A program made the position numbers and the translations under genes. A stretch of 64,000 bases of DNA from Balanoglossus misakiensis (Eukaryota; Animalia; Hemichordata), in contig CM082584.2 in assembly GCA_040954595.2 (NCBI GenBank), positions 5,398,110 through 5,462,109 on the forward strand, read 5' to 3'. Below the pieces are notes generated by a model that was not told the DNA's origin, made no database searches, and saw only the letters and a list, made by a program, of their open reading frames with translations. Shown here piece after piece: positions 14,101 to 26,848 of this stretch; positions within the stretch are counted from its first letter, which is position 1; each line of letters begins with the position of its first letter.

Positions 14101-17100
14101 GTGAACACAAGAAGGTCTCTTCAAGTGTTATGTCACAGAGATCAACAGCAAAAGCAAGTAAGTAAACTATTTATTACAACTTCTTCTCTTTGCCAATAAC
14201 CCAAACATTAATCCTTTCACCCCAGTTATCGCTTTAGAGGTCCAACCTTACTTTAGAAAACAATGGGTTTGGACTAAACCATGGCAGTGAAAGGGTTATA
14301 GCTTTAGTCTCAACGTTTCAGCATTGATTTAGTCCATTTTGTCTCATAAGAGACACTTGTATATGGAGTTTAGATTAGTGAAGTATGGTGAATGTTTGGC
14401 CAATCACAGCATTGCTTTCATTATGCCCCAAATGTTTCAAATTATTTTATTATTCCAGAAAAATATTCTACTGGTAGTATTTTTTTAGTGGATTCTGTCT
14501 TCACTGTTCACATAGCTCAAACCAGTAAATGTAACACCCAAAGTGCATCCAATATAATCAGCTGTTGAAAATAACTGCTTGTAAGGATGACGACTTTGGT
14601 TCATTCACTTTGATTGACAACCTTTTTAAGTTTTTCGAGAAAAAGTTTGTCTGATTATGTGCGTTTTTGAGTGCAGGTTCCATTGGATGTTTTCGTCCAA
14701 ATTTAAAATTTACAACTTTTAAAATTTGGTGTGCGGGTTCCTGGAAATGTTCTTAATCAACCTAAAATGTCAGTAATTTAGTATCACCTTGTCCAACTTG
14801 TGGACATGTAATGTGGGTCTACTGATTGTTGGCTGTATAAGATCAAGTATCATAAAATCCGATCAAAATGGGAGTGTAGTGTCATTGATGGTTTTTGGGT
14901 TTTCAAATAAAATTGCACTGATGGGGCTGGCTAATTATAATGCAGTGCATTTGATTGCATGTCGCAAAAACTCAAGGTAACAAGAAGTGCCTGTTTTATG
15001 ATCGTTGAGGGATTTTTAAAAACAAAATAATGGTTGGGCAGTCGTGTAGTTGTATCAAGCCCCCACTTACAGTGTGAGTGAAATGGCAGATTTAGTATTG
15101 AGAAGTGTTAATATAACAGATGAACATGGTGGCATGTACTAATGATGTAGTGAATCAGCATAATACATTTAATGTAATTGTGTACATATTCCAAGAAATA
15201 AAGCCTTAATTGAAATAGCAATCACGGTTTATATGCTTGTTCATTTTTGTACATTGCGTACGTTTTGCATGAGCTGTGGAATGGAGTGCTTAGATCCGAT
15301 TTTATTGGTATCAGTTTTTGGGGTCTTTGAAAGCGATGCTTCTGAACACAGGGGTGTTTGTAAGCCAAGCATACACAAGTGCTATTAGCCTATAACAAAT
15401 AGGGTCAGAAAATTTGGGGTTACACTTTCTGCCTCTACAAGACAGTGCAACCTGTCTAAACCAGACACCGAATGAGCTGAGAAAATCATTGTGAAAAAGT
15501 GTTTGGGTTAAAGAGGTTGTTGTCATGGTTATGGGTTAAATTCAAGAATCGATTTTAGGCAGGGTCTGGTTTAGACAGGTTTCACTGTTCCTGCATAAAG
15601 ATGTGACAGAGAATTGTCATAATTTGTTTTCCAGGTTCTTCTTTGAAAGACAAAGCTGGTAGTGTGGGTGGCAGTAACCAAAGTATTGTTGCTGCCGGTT
15701 TTCCCGCCCCTTCTAAACCATTATTTTCAACTGGTGACCCAACAGACCGACAGCCTACTTCCCCTACCATCACTGCTACTACTACTGCTTCTATCAGTAT
15801 CACCACCACTGCATCGACATCTCACGTAGGACCTTTCAGTGGGCAGACACTGTCCTTTGCCTCCTCGGCCGCGGGAATGCCAAGTTTCACGTCGCCGGGA
15901 ACTGCACCAACTCTGACCACCACCACCGCCGCGGCTGCTTCGAGCGCGACGTTTCAGTCGCAGCAAACCAGCGCGGCGACCGCCGGCAGTTACACAACTC
16001 CGAACAATTCCGTCAAGAATGTCTTTGCCGCGGCAGGAGTGGGAATGCCGCCGGACCCCAGCAAAAATGTGTTTGCCACCCACGGGACTACGACGCACGT
16101 GCCGACGATAACGTCCAACGTGTTTGCTCAGCGCGAAAGCGACGACGTGTCCTCAACTCAGTCTGGGAATCTGTCGATATCATCCGTGGGAGCCGTGACG
16201 TCAGGCACCCACAGTGGATTATCAAACATAACGCATTATAGGACTACCACAGCATATAAACTACCCGGGTCGGGATATTCATCAGTCGAAAATAGTGACA
16301 CTGAGCAAGGTAGTCACGGGTTTTCTTCTTTATCTGCTTGACAGAATGAGGAAAATGATTTCAAGTGATTCGTTGGTTTTTTTATCAATTTATTTTATAT
16401 TATCTGGTATGATTGTACTGAAATAATTATTCTAAGACAAATATGCCAACGCTTGGGGTAAAGCCTGAATAATTGTGTTCTTTTAGCATGCATATGCTAC
16501 TGCCATTGAAGAGCATATTAACTCGGTCTTGGAGTAACGATGTAAATGAAACCAGTACCAAGTCATTTGATCTCCTTTTCTGATGATGGTAACCTCCATT
16601 AAAGCTCTATTAGCTGTATCTTTTTGCTATCTTTCAGTATTTTTGTTTTGTGTGTCTACTGCAATTTCTTTTTCAATCCACGAAGCATGATGAAATGCCC
16701 AGTATCCAGCTTATTAACACAACCTATTTGTATATAGTCAGCGTTGTTATTATGCAAAATTTGAATTCAAGTTCAGACTAGAATTCATTTGTCAATAATA
16801 AAAATGGCTGTTATACACATACAGGCTATGTTGACAAGCCGAATACCCAGGTATATTAGCATGCTGTTTGGAGTACAACAGGAAATTGCATTTGATACAC
16901 AAAACAAATATACTAAAAAAGAACGCCAAAAGTTACAGCTAATGTCCCTTTAAGGCTGCAAAGGTAATATTACAATGCTAGACACTTCTTCATCTATCTT
17001 CACAAATTGCATGATATGATTTGTGTATCATCATGTAGGATCTAATTATAACCATCTATTCAACTTGGCCCTTGGTACTTCACTTTTCTCAAAACTTTTC

Positions 17101-20100
17101 TGCTTACCTTCTCCTAATGCTGGGCGTTATCAACAAACTGCATGTTGCACTGCATGTTACCTGCACAATTTTCTCGATGCCATTTCTCATTGAAGACAAG
17201 ATGGAAACTTCAACAAACCATATATTTTCAGTGTTTTACTTTACTTTGATGAGCTTACTTTACTCCAAACAAGTGTTGGCATGAGACGTAAACTTGACGC
17301 AAAATCTCTGTGTAACATGCAGTGCCGAAAAGCGCAACTAACTGTAATTGATGAAATTATTACTTACTTATTCAGCATCTCTATATTTATATCAGGCGAG
17401 GGTGGGTTTCATGTTTTTGAGCTCTCCTTTGACGACATAAGTATATATACCAGTGGGAGCTTATGAGATCAGTCTGTGTGTGTGTGTGTGTGTGTGGATG
17501 TTTAAATGGCAAAATCTTGAGTTGCAGCATGTATCAAAATGGTAGTTGATGTGTAGATGCATGATGGACTGACACAGTGCCAAAATAATTGCAAATGAGC
17601 TGAGTAAACTCAACAACTCACTAACTACTGATCATATTGCTTTGATAATTGGTGTGCATGTACTTAAGTTAACCCCTATAGATTTGTTCATTTTGTGCCA
17701 ATATCAGTAATGTTGTATTTTATTTTTAGAAAAACGTTTAGGTCTTTATTTCACTGTTGGTTGAAATCTTCAAAAGTAAAACTGCTCAACAAATTCTCTC
17801 AAATTTCTGATTAGAGTTTGTTGGGATATCGTCATTCAGATTTGTTCTCATCATGAGAATATTAATATTGTGTTTGGGGCAGTTTGGGTCATTTTTGTGA
17901 GAAAAAAATATTTCTCAGTATGAAGTTATGGTGAGGATATATTTTGGGGACATAAAGCCATTATGATATACATGTACCATAGAATCATTACAGACAGATT
18001 TTCTCTTTAAACCTCAGAATATTACTCCCATGGGCATTTCTAATTCTTTAGATATAAACAATATATCTTTTGTCTATGTTAATTGGGAACCGAAAGTCGG
18101 TGCATTGCATATCACCCTTTAACCCTTTCACTCCCAGTTCTCTCTTTAGAGCTCCAACCTTACCATAGAACACATGGTGGTGAAAGGGTTAAAGGGGTTT
18201 TATTGTGCTGGGGTAATGAGGGACAGTGTATGAACCAAGCCAAGTATGTCTAGTCAAGTATGTCTAGCATGAGAAGTAGAGGTAGATAGGTATCATTGCA
18301 AGGGTACCTACTAAACATGACTGCAATACATGTTAATCACATGAAATTCATGTCTGATGTCAGTCTGGTGGTATACTTGCCTTTGAATTTTATGGGGATT
18401 TCTGCACCTATGCTAATATGAAAAAATCAGAAATAGAACAACAATGTGGAAATTGTGGTTTATGCAATTTCAGTTAAAGGTATATCATGGTCACCCATGG
18501 AAATTTAGCTTCTGCAAGATAAAGTGACATGGCAGTGTTTTTCTTTTCTTTTCAGCAAAATTTTAATTGTATAGATTTGTACAAAATACTGTAAAACGGG
18601 TTATTTTCGGGAGCAATAAATTTTCGCGAAATACGCGAGAGCCAAAAAAATGTGAAAATAACAAGTCGCATAAAATGTCTTTCAGAGATAACGATGCAGT
18701 TAGTGAAATCTGAGAACGCGAAAATTAATCTTCGCCTAACAGTTGCCTCTTTTGATATCGTGAAAATTTCCTGTCGTGAAAAGAACCCATTTACAGTACT
18801 TTACATTTGTGTGTAATTTTGATTAGAGGTTTAACTTCTTATATCTGTAGTAATCATTTTGTATAAGGTGCACTCTTTGTTATGGTTATGTTGCAGATGA
18901 ATCAAGACCTGTTTTGAAGACACCTTTGTTAGTTGTATCAAGTCCAAATAAACCAGTATTATCAGCAGTCAGTAGTAGTAGTAGTTTAGGTGGGTAACAT
19001 TTCATTAAATTGTTGTTGTTGTTGTTGTTGTTGTTGTTAGTATTGTTGTTGTTGTTGTAGCAACAGCACCACTAGCATGAGGTAGTCTTTCTCAAGGCTC
19101 CAGTGTAATTTTATGGTCAATCTCATATACAGTCATGTTTTGATGTGTGTGTATTGAATAAGATCACATTTCCATGGTACAGACAAGACTGGAATCACCA
19201 CTGAAATTGTATCTGAACTTTGCAAGATTCAGAATTATTTAACAAGACTCGCTATTCAGTGGAGATGGCAATGAAATCTGTCTTTTCTGAGTTCACAGAG
19301 CAAAATCTAGTTATTTCAGGTGCATGTGTGAATTTTGCCTGCCAAGGATCCATACCTCTCTTGATCATTGAAATCATATATATAGCTCACACTATTCCAC
19401 TGACATGATAGATTCTACTGTTTCCTTTTACAGAAGACTCCAAGGAACATGGTAGTGGTGGTCATTTTAGCAGTAGTAGAAATATTTTGAAACCGTCAGC
19501 CCTTACAGCGCAAACTGTAGCATTACAAAGTAGGTACACTGTTTAAAGGGACAAAGTCTCTCTCTCGCTTTTTTCCATTAATTATATTTGATAAGAGACA
19601 ACGTTTGTTATTCTACATGTGGATATATAGTGTATATAGTGAATGAACGTTCAACCACACACAAGTTCCATCCCTCTTATAGACAGGAGAGTGAAAAAAC
19701 TCGCCAAAATGAATAATCGTTCTTTACCATTTATTCGTTTTGGGCGAGTTTTTACTCTCATATCCTACAAACGAGATGGAAGTTGTGTGTGGTCGAATTT
19801 TTATTCACCATATATCCACATGTAGAATAATATAAACGGTGTCTTGTATCAAACATAATTAATGGAAAAAGGGCAGCGAGAGAGAGACTTTGTCCCTTTA
19901 ATCCGCAAGTTATGCCCTGTAATAGCATACTGGCATTTTTATAAAGGAACAGAAATTTTGAATATTTTTGCAGGGAATTTACTTGGAGGCTGTGAATAAC
20001 TAAACATGATCTGTTGATCATGACAAATGCAACTGATCGCGTTTGATATCAAACCTCCTTTGTGTAATCTCAAAAGTTTGGAAGTGCAAAAGTGTGACAA

Positions 20101-23100
20101 AGAAAACTGAATATTGCCATACCAGCACCTCCTAATCATTCCAAACCAAACCAAAATTAAGTATTAAATAGAAACATCGTGTGTTGCCATGAATTAAAGC
20201 GTGCAATATTTACTGACCAAAATAAAAGTACAAGGGTTATTTGCCGTAGTAATGTATCTGTGCCATATATTTTCAGGCTTGGAACTTGTAGTTATTTTGC
20301 AACCAATGCATGCTTTAATTCCTGAAGTGAGCACTGTTCAAGCAGTACTGACATCTATGGTATTTATTTTTTTTTACGTACAGCATCTAAATTGTCCCCT
20401 CTCATAAAACCAGCATTAGTTAGCTCACCAGATACAAAAACAGAAAACAAAGGTAAGTTCACCTCATTGTCTTTTGTTGTAGAATTGTTAAAAGTGTTTT
20501 ATTAAAGGCACGTAAGCTGTAACTTTTGGGATAATTTTCATAATTTTTGTTTCAAACTGCACTACAATTAGTCCATGCAGATGAAGGTAGTGAACAATAC
20601 ACAAGCATTATAAACCCTAAATATGAGTGCATATGCAAGTTTTAACCAGATAAATAATAAAGCTTTGCCGCAAGCGATTATGGCCGCCACCGTGGGAAAA
20701 TGCAAGAAACAATGAAAATGTTGCATTTCCGGTTGTGAAACTCCATAAACAAAACATGATCTCATCCACTTGAGCTCATGGAAGTAAATGTACACCACTG
20801 AGACATCAGATTTTCATTTTTCATTGCAATATTGCACTTTTTTTAAAATTGCAGGAATTTTCGTTTTTCTTTTATTTTTGGCCATTTTGTCATAAATAAG
20901 TGTTGAGCTTGATATATTAGCATGAAATAGCATTTAATAGACATAATTAAAAGCATATATGAGATTATTTAAAACTTTAATTTTTTATCCAGTTGCAGCT
21001 TACGTGCCTTTAAGTGTGGATATCAGACGAAAATATTTCAAAATCCTTGTATTCACACGAGATTGACTGTAATAATTTAGAACTTGGATAAAACAAGCCA
21101 GGGTCCATATCACATTTACTTACAGTCCTTTACCAAGATGTTGCAGCCAAATTTTGCTGTCGTACAAATGTTTTTTTTTGAACCGACACAGTGGACATTA
21201 TTTGAAAATGCTTCTACGAAAGTGATTTTGATTGGAAATCAAGGTGATGGCACAGACACTTTAACTTTTGTTAAATCTTGTTTGACAGACAAAAAAGAGC
21301 GGGAGAACGAGGTAGAGAATGGAGCCACGTCTTCAACAGAGGATGGCGTCAAAGAAAATGGTCAATCAAGAAGAGCAGGCTTCACCACTGGTACCAAAGA
21401 AAGCTTCTTTGTACGACTTCAACAGTCGGATGAAAGCAAAGCTTGGCTCAAACCACACACAATGTTATCAAGTAACTTTGCGAAAGAAGGAATGTCTGTG
21501 TTTAAACAAGATTCAGATTCAGCAGGTTCAGGGTCGAATTATTGGTCCCAGTTTTCAAAGAGTACAGAAAGGTGAGTTTTTAATGTCATATTCTGATTTC
21601 ATTCTTTCTTTGTCTGATAATATGATTTCATTCACTAACTACAAGTACAATGTACAGTAATATACATTAGAGGTCCAAACTGACCATAGAAAACAGTGGG
21701 TTTGGACTGAATCCTTGTGGTGATCTATTGACCTGGTGGGGACTATGTCATTGACAATGACTTGTTTATCATCAAAACAAAAGGGAATCTACCTCAAAAA
21801 CTTTGTTCCAATACAGGATGCTTGTACCCCCCTGGTGGGTCACATACTGAATCTATGATATGGCACAAGTCAAATTGTCAATACAACTCAAATAATCATG
21901 CAGGATTATTATAAATATGGTATTTCTCAACTGTTGTAGAAGGAAAATATTTATAGATAATGTTTTGTTTATTTCAGTTTCTCAAGTGCCAGCAAAGAAA
22001 AACATAAAGTTGAGAAAGAACAAGAAAACAGCTTTGTGTTTGGCAAAAACTTGGATGGCAGAATCTCGAAAAATGTAAGTTATCTAGGAAATGAATACAG
22101 AATATACTGTAAATATTAATTGGCCATAGGGTAACATCATTTATCTGTCTACAAAGGATTGTTGGACAACCCTAGACAGGCTTTAAAATAATGGCATACC
22201 AAAAAAAAGACAAATATATTTACTATAATCACTCTTAGTGTTCGACTGTTCTGAAAATGTTTTGACTACCATTTTTTTGTGGAAAATCGTTATTTTAAGT
22301 TAACACTTGATTCTGGCCTTGTCATTATATAACATTGTATGATCACGACAAATTGAGATATTTCTCAAAAACCCAACCACTGACTTCTTCCGATGAATGA
22401 ATGAATGAATGAATATGTTTATTCAGTATATATATGGCCACTGGCCCTTTATATACAAAATAGAAATACAATAATATGTCATGCCATCAAAGCAGTCACT
22501 CGTATCTCGACTTCTTTTGATGTGACTTGGGACTGTGTGATTGAAATGTGTGATGATTGATGAGTGTGTGGTTGGAAGATCCATCACTGAAGTTATTAAG
22601 TTGTCTCTTAACTTGAGAGAAGTGACAGAGAACAGAAAAAAAAAGATGCACAATGCTATGCCTTAGACTCAACATTTGTACCATGCAATACTAAGTTTGT
22701 ACAAAGCCATCTAAGTTTAATTGAGTTTTAACAATTAAGTCAAACACTAACTATTCTCCTTCAGTTACCAACCAAAAGACCACTAGAAGAAGAAGAATCT
22801 GAAGGCAGTGCTGATTCTGATGAGAGTCGGACTAAACGCGTCAAGGTAATAAATCACAATAATAGTAATTTAGAAGGAAAAATAGAAAAATTACCAATAT
22901 CGGTTATTGTACTACAGTCCCTTTCATTTAAACAAATACAAACACTTTCATTGGTCTATTAGGGCCACATGACTGACTAGTACATGTACGGTAATGCTAA
23001 ATATATGGACCATTTTCAACTCCATGAATGTATGTGTAAAAAAACACATATCTACCTTTATTTGCAATATATGATAACATGGTGGTTCATTTTAGCTCAT

Positions 23101-25865
23101 ACATATGCAGTTCTTCTAACTAAACCATGTTCAGTACCAATATATTATATTATACCAGTATATTGATGGTGTAAATCACGCTATTTTATTGGTCGAGACA
23201 CGACACGTGACTGTGATATATTAGTCATATACCACAGTCATATATCATAGTCAAAGAAAATGCCTTTTTAAAATGTTTTATGCAAAGTTTCAATATACTG
23301 GCATAATATAATAGCAATAAAACACCCCCAGCCATGGTATACCACTTGATTTTGACCAGTTCAACTCCATATACGCACTCGCTATCCCTCGTGCGTATAT
23401 GTCGTGAACTGGTCAAAATCTTGTGGTATACCATGGCTGGGGGTGTTTTATTGCTTAAATAATGTATTCTCATCCAGTGTACCGGTATATTGGTCTAACT
23501 CTATGTGTTGTTATTGTTATCTCTCAGGAAACAGCGGCGGACAGTGAATCTGAAGGTAAGTGTATAATATAGAATTCAAACTTGAATCAAATCGCTCGGT
23601 GATTATTTCTCGCCAAATATGCTAATTTTCACCTGAGAGGTCATATCCGCAACCAAATACCCTCGCTAGCAGTTTATAACCTCTAATTAAAGGATGTGTT
23701 CTCAAAAGATCTCCTTAGGGAACCTGAAATACTGAATAGGCTTTCATTTTAAGATTGTTGCTAAGAGGACAGTGTTTGATTATTCTTGACAGCGTCCAGC
23801 AAAACGTTAGAAGAAAGTGCTAGTGCCTACGAAGAAGCCAAGAAAAGTAGTCGTCTTAAACTGGATGAAGTTCCAACAGTCACAGGAGAAGAGAGTGAAG
23901 AAAACGTGCTACAGGTGAGTTCATCTTCACTATTGGATTGATATCTACCGCTGCTGCACTGTAATATAAATGTGTTGATCTCTCATCAGGAGTAACTCTC
24001 AGACTGGTAAATGGCAGGGGCATGCTGATGAAGCACGCTGATCTAAAATACATTTACAATGTATTGTGCGTTGTATTGTGCGTAGAGATACTATTATGAA
24101 ACTTTTTCACAGGAATTCCTTGTCTGATTGTTTTGAAATTTTGGTTTGTTTTTCAGGCGCAGTGTAAATTATTCTTATTTGACCCAGCTAATCATTCATG
24201 GTTGGAGAAAGGCCGCGGTATGCTGCGTATCAATGACCTCTCTCGATCAACTGATGTTCTTTCATTTCAGTCCAGACTTGGTAAGAAAGTCAATTTAATT
24301 TCATGATTTTTAGTCCTTTGGACCAAAAGTCCTGTAATCTTACACATTCACTCTTCATGCACTGCATGCTGTAGGTCATTTTATCATAGACAGATCATGA
24401 ATATCAATGACCCTACTTGACATACTTGTTTCCGTGTTTTGGTAGTTGATTGTTTTAATAGCTTTCGGAAGAGAGTCCTTTGACATGGCATCTTAGATTA
24501 ATGATTGACAAGTAAACATTTGAATCGTATTTGACAGTGATGCGTACTCAAGGCAGTCTTCGGGTCATTCTAAACACGAAAATTTGGCCCAAGATGGCAG
24601 TGGAGAAAGCAAGTCCCAAAAGTGTTCGTATCACAGCAATGGATTCAGAAGGTGCCAAAGTTTTCCTCATCATGGTAAGTAGATCAATCTGTGTTTTGTA
24701 TGCAACTTATGTATGAGTACAGCTTACCTGTTTGATATGTTTCCACTAGCATCACTATGTCTACATTGGCAGTGATAAATTAATCATTTCTGAATTTCAT
24801 GTTTGACATACATAATGAAAATCTATTAGTGGTGCCTTCGATATAGATAAGGATAACGACTTTTACATACTCAGTGACAATGTTTATTTGCTTGGGGAAG
24901 CCAAGTTGGGCATTTGGTTTAGAGGTCACAAACAACTTATTTCTTTACATGAAATCAGTTGCTGAATAAAATCAGAGGGTCACTGTGCTCAATTTTGAAA
25001 TAATCATATATTTTAAAAATTCTGACTTGGCAGTGTTTTCATTATTAATCAAATTAACAGCCTTGAATTTCAAAAAAACAAACATGATCATGACCCCTAT
25101 AGTAAATAAATAGCAATACTTTTAATTTTAAATTTTGAAATTGCACTGTGTGTATTTCTTTTTTTTTCCAGGCAAATCCTAAGGATGCGGAGCAGATCTT
25201 TTCAGCAATAGACTATCGTGTACAAGCGTTGAAACGCTATGAAGAAGTGCAAGAAGAGAGGAAAGAATCAAGTGGTTCTCAGGATTCAAGCACGCATGAA
25301 GCTAAAAATGCTGATAGTCAAGTAGATAGCTTCAAATCAAAAACTGGTAGGTCCTTTTTAGCTCTAGTTTGGTATAGATATACCAGTGGGGTTTTATGGG
25401 ATCAGGCAGTGTCTTGCAATCTGTATGTGTTTTTTTTTTTTGTGTGTGTGTGTGTGTGTGAGCGCGCACAGGATGACATGATATAGGTATGTACGTACGC
25501 ATATGTCTACTTCAGCTGCACATATATAACTTTGGTATAAGGCATGAAGATGCATGTTGGACTCAGTAGATGATATTATGTTCAAATACAGTTATCACTA
25601 CCAAAAATTGACAAAGAAGCTGAAAAATGTGAAATTGGTCAAAACTCAAACGACTACTTGATGGACTAGCTTAGAGATTATCTGTTGGCTTGTAATACTG
25701 CCCCTGAGGTCATTGTCTGCATCACAGCCAATCTTAGACGGCCTATATGTGACAATGACACTCAACCAGGTGAAATTTTATCACAATGTGTATTATTGTG
25801 TTGCAGAGGAAAGAAGACAAGTGAGTGAGGAGCCTCCATCACCACCAACTGAAGACCAAATTTAA
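11180..25865 (+). CDS. RANBP3: Ran-binding protein 3 (CRM1 export cofactor), ~772 aa, 18 coding exons
   Basis: Exons 11180-11207, 11307-11351, 13431-13498, 13636-13678, 14062-14157, 15635-16309, 18897-18989, 19434-19529, 20384-20452, 21289-21571, 21978-22074, 22765-22845, 23528-23555, 23793-23914, 24157-24280, 24538-24674, 25172-25346, 25807-25865 join in frame. FVFGQN and FVFGKN motifs. RanBD sequence TLEESASAY..VTGEESEENVLQAQCKLFLFD..WLEKGRGMLRIND..QSRLVMRTQGSLRVILNTKIW..KSVRITAMD closely matches RANBP3 as recalled. The low-complexity N-terminal exons are less certain. Confidence 0.93.
14208..14299. mobile_element. piggyBac-like ~90 bp MITE copy
   Basis: TTAATCCTTTCAC...GTGAAAGGGTTA; same internal sequence as 31518-31610. 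Confidence 0.75.
15443..15587. mobile_element. pogo/Tc1-type MITE
   Basis: CAGTGCAACCTGTCTAAACCAGAC ... GTCTGGTTTAGACAGGTTTCACTG. Confidence 0.7.
16599..16953. mobile_element. TTAA-targeting (Kolobok-like) MITE copy
   Basis: TTAAAGCTCTATTAGCTGTATC ... GTTACAGCTAATGTCCCTTTAA; a related inverted fragment lies at about 43918-44222. Confidence 0.75.
18119..18192. mobile_element. piggyBac-like MITE copy with internal deletion
   Basis: TTAACCCTTTCAC...GTGAAAGGGTTAA. Confidence 0.75.
18587..18798. mobile_element. TA-flanked Tc1/mariner-type MITE
   Basis: TACTGTAAAACGGGTTATTTT ... AAAAGAACCCATTTACAGTA; second copy at 42215-42414. Confidence 0.8.
19010..19058. repeat. (GTT)n microsatellite
   Basis: Directly visible, interrupted once. 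Confidence 0.9.
19543..19901. mobile_element. Kolobok-like MITE
   Basis: TTAA|AGGGACAAAGTCTCTCTCTCGC ... GCGAGAGAGAGACTTTGTCCCT|TTAA, plus an internal inverted repeat. Confidence 0.8.
20502..21013. mobile_element. Kolobok-like MITE
   Basis: TTAA|AGGCACGTAAGCTGTAACT ... AGTTGCAGCTTACGTGCCT|TTAA. Confidence 0.8.
23313..23455. mobile_element. Palindromic MITE-like hairpin
   Basis: ~50 bp arms AGCAATAAAACACCCCCAGCCATGGTATACCAC..GATTTTGACCAGTTCA / TGAACTGGTCAAAATC..GTGGTATACCATGGCTGGGGGTGTTTTATTGCT. Confidence 0.75.
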
Positions 25866-26067
25866 AGTTGAGCACATTGTCCTGCCAGTCATGCAAATCG
25901 ACCGAAGAAAACCTGCCATTTAATGGAGTGACATTTCAAGTTGTAGTTGATTTTCCCAAAGTTCTGAACCTAGAGCCACGTTCATGTGATGGTTGCTTAG
26001 TAACACTTTGCTCCGTGGACCGATTCCACTACCCGACGTGCAATCATCCCACCAGGGAAGGGGTCAT

Positions 26068-26158
26068 TTAACCCTTTCACCACCATGGTTCAGTCCAAAC
26101 CCATTGTTTTCTTGTGTAAGGTTGGACCTCTCAATTAGAACTGGGGGTGAAAGGGGTT
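26068..26158. mobile_element. piggyBac-like ~90 bp MITE copy downstream of the RANBP3 stop
   Basis: TTAACCCTTTCACCACCATGGTTCAGTCCAAACCCATTG...GGGGGTGAAAGGGGTT. Confidence 0.75.
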
Positions 26159-26754
26159 GGGGTAGTGGACAAGATCAGAGGAGGGTAGATCACCACATTC
26201 ACTCGCAAATCATGTACGTAGAATGTAAATTGCCAGTTCATCAAAACACAGAAAATATGAACATTTGAAAATTAGGTAACTTATAGTTGTACTAACCAAA
26301 ATACATTGCTTATTCCTTATTTAAGTCTCAAGCACAATGCTGTTATGTTATTTCATGTACCGTGGCAAGCATGTGACTAACACCTGGTTTATGTCATCCT
26401 ACATAGCTGAATGATATTTTGTGAAGTTTAATATTGTGCCTCTGAATCACCATATTATATGCCTGGTAGTTATCAGTAAAGATTAGTTCAGAGAATCGAT
26501 AAACAGCAAATTCTCAGTACATGCAATCTCAGACAACCAAAGAACTCTTCCTTCTGTTGATGCAAGAGAAAGTGGAAACGTGGAACCATGACTTTCAAGT
26601 CAATGTAGTGAGAGAAATAGCATTTAGGCAAAAAAGCTGGATTGTGGAGATGTGACCCATTTTACATTGACAGGAATTGCTTGTGCATACTGACTGCCAA
26701 TGGTGATTGTGTAGTGGATAAATAGTGCCACTTGTTTGTATTTTGACCTTTAAG

Positions 26755-26848
26755 TAACCCTTTCTCACCACCATGGTTCAGTCCAAACCCGTTGTTTCCT
26801 ATAGTAAGGTTGGACCTCTAAAGAGGGAACTAGGGGTGAAAGGGTTAA
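26755..26848. mobile_element. piggyBac-like ~90 bp MITE copy
   Basis: TAACCCTTTCTCACCACCATGG...GGGGTGAAAGGGTTAA. Confidence 0.75.
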
